From Eledone cirrhosa (taxonomy: Eukaryota), in NCBI GenBank assembly GCA_964016885.1, contig OZ024766.1, positions 20,398,001-20,462,000 on the forward strand: a stretch of 64,000 nucleotides of DNA, in the 5' to 3' direction. Shown in pieces: positions 62,024 through 64,000 of the stretch (within the stretch, counting starts at the first letter, position 1; each line of letters begins with the position of its first letter). A program made the translations under genes and the position numbers. The notes beneath the pieces were generated by a model. The model ran no database searches and was not told where the DNA came from. It worked only from the letters and a program-made list of their open reading frames with translations.

Positions 62024-62364
62024 TGTCAACTCTGGATGTCGGTGAACATGTCCAGCTAACCTCAGTCTCCTCTGTGTCACTTTTGAGCTGACTTTTGGGA
62101 AGCTCCCATACAGCTCTGAGTTTTTCATCCTCAGTGTATACTGATTAATGTTCAGAGCCATCCTCAGCATTCTCGTGTAGCACCCATCCACCACATGGAC
62201 ACACTGGAAGAGGGAGACCAAGGTTAACGTATGTTGATGCCCTAAGGACAGACACTGGTCTGTTGGAGACGCAGGACATGGCAGCGATAATGAGGGACAG
62301 AGACCGCTGGAGAGAACTCGTCCATGGATCTCGGGACTTTTACCCGCCTTAGATAGAGAGAGAG
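62024..62364 (+). mobile_element. 5'-inverted, truncated RTE-like LINE insertion
   Basis: 62024-62190 on minus reads DGCYTRMLRMALNI..RRLRLAGHVHRHPEL. 62191-62352 on plus reads PHGHTGRGRPRLTYVDAL..DRDRWR*. (AG)n tail. Flanking ATATATCATA at 62014-62023 and 62365-62374. Confidence 0.75.
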
Positions 62365-63529
62365 ATATATCATAGCAGTGGCATCCAGTTCCACTGAGAA
62401 GGGTGTGGCCGACTGGCCTGTCCCTCCTCACACTAAATGTGGTTGGTATTGGGAAGGTCATCCAGCTGTAAAACGCCCTGCCAAATTTACGTACAGTCCT
62501 GTCGGAGCAGGGTACAGTGTGACCAATCCTTGTAAGGACGGTGATAAGGTGAACACCAGTGGCTTCGTGGTTGATAGTGTTAACTCGAAGGTAGTGGAGA
62601 ACCCTATGAGTCTTTCCAGAAAGACTGATGGCTCATGAAGGGAACAGAGGAGTTGATCCTTTTATTTTCATACATAAAACTTTCATTATAATATTATGTA
62701 CGAACATGTGCTGTCTTTCAACACCAACTTAACCCTTTTTAGCATTTAAATTCTGCTGGATTCTTTCCCCTTTTTGAAATCGGCCCTAACTAGCAACTCG
62801 TACTGATGTTAAGATAACATTCTTGAAATAAACAATATCATCATCGAAATCTTGTATTTTCATGGTAAACACTTTATCTCCCATAATAATGAATTCACAA
62901 GATTTTGATATTTATGTTGAGAACAATACCTTAACATAAGTATGAACAGCTGGTTAGAACAGAATCCCCTTCATGGACATATTTCTAATGAAATAGTCTT
63001 TCGATTAATTAGTGAAGAATTTTGAGCGATTTATTAAAATTATTTCGTTACTAAGATAGTAAGGTCCTTATATATAATTATGTTGGGGGGGGGGGGGTTA
63101 ATTTAAATAAGAAACCTTTAAAATGAGTGGCTATATTTCATAGAACCAGGGCTGGGTTGGTAACAAAAGGGTAACAAAACCCTTTCGTTGTCATTTCCAA
63201 TTAATTTGGTGAGATTTAACTTATTTCATTGAAATAGGGACTCTTTAACAAGAGTGGTACATATATATATATATCCCTGTACATGGTTGGTGCCTGAGAG
63301 AAAACAGTACTCAATACCAAAGTTTTAATAACTTTATGGCTCAATGGGGGGGTGGACTTCACTACTTAGTGGGGGTTTCTGTCCTGTCATCTGGGGGCTT
63401 GCAGCTAGCATTCATATGGCCTACATGGAGCTCTACATTTTTTAATGTGGTACAAACAGTGTGTGGTTTGTGATGTCTAACTCAAACTGAATCTATCTGT
63501 CGATAGATGCCCTCTCTATATCACTAACT

Positions 63530-63812
63530 ACTTTACAGGGTTTTGGTGGCAGTCGGACTAGAAAGGTCCTTAACTCTTTCTCGCAGATACCTTTCCTATC
63601 CCCAACTATTTTACAGGGTGTTCTGGGTAGCTTTTGGTGGCAGTAGGGCTAGAAAGGTCCTTAACTCTTTCTCGCAGATACCTTTCCTATCCCCAACTAT
63701 TTTACAGGGTGTTCTGGGTAGGTTTTGGTGGCAGTAGGACTAGAAAGGTCCTTAACTCTTTCTCGCAGATACCTTTCCTATCCCCAACTATTTTACAGGG
63801 TGTGCTGGGTAC
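63530..63812. repeat. 91-bp tandem repeat, 3 copies
   Basis: Periodicity is directly visible. Confidence 0.9.
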
Positions 63813-63933
63813 ATTTTTCAATGCATGAGTACTAGAAGTTGGCATGGTTTTTAAAGCTGGGTGCCCTTTGTATTTGTATTACCAACTGCGTATGTCACAG
63901 TAGCATCAATGTGGTGTGTTTTCTTCTTTGCAG

Positions 63934-64000
63934 GGTGTTGCTACAACTGCGGAAAGAGTGGTCACATCCGGAAGGACTGCATCGTAGCCAGCTCGAGCTC
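63934..64000 (+). CDS. CNBP: CNBP-like, next coding exon (knuckle 4; runs off the window)
   Basis: Acceptor TTCTTTGCAG at 63933. Translates (G)CCYNCGKSGHIRKDCIVASSS, in phase with the 52609 donor. Confidence 0.88.

Overview
This is a eukaryotic, repeat-saturated window. The SINE, MITE and microsatellite landscape looks like a coleoid cephalopod (octopus-like), but that is an inference. It holds three protein-coding loci, all on the + strand. (1) The very large GC-rich last exon of Hakai/CBLL1 (1023-3516). (2) An intact 399-aa Tc1/mariner DD41D (rosa/Visitor-type) transposase ORF (15728-16927) still bounded by TIRs. Its first catalytic Asp is replaced by Asn, it has a splice acceptor just upstream, and a candidate promoter/first exon lies 4 kb away, so it may be domesticated. 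(3) A CNBP-like CCHC zinc-knuckle gene with exons at 51818, 52484 and 63934, plus a candidate 51-nt cassette exon at 59764. The rest is RTE-clade LINE fragments, tRNA-derived SINEs, piggyBac-type and Tc1-type MITEs, foldback elements, a Penelope-like RT relic followed by three ~300-bp repeats with hammerhead-ribozyme-like motifs, and more than 25 tandem arrays. Many arrays trace back to specific SINE or LINE segments. No CRISPR, rRNA or genuine tRNA is seen. Repeat boundaries are approximate (read by eye).
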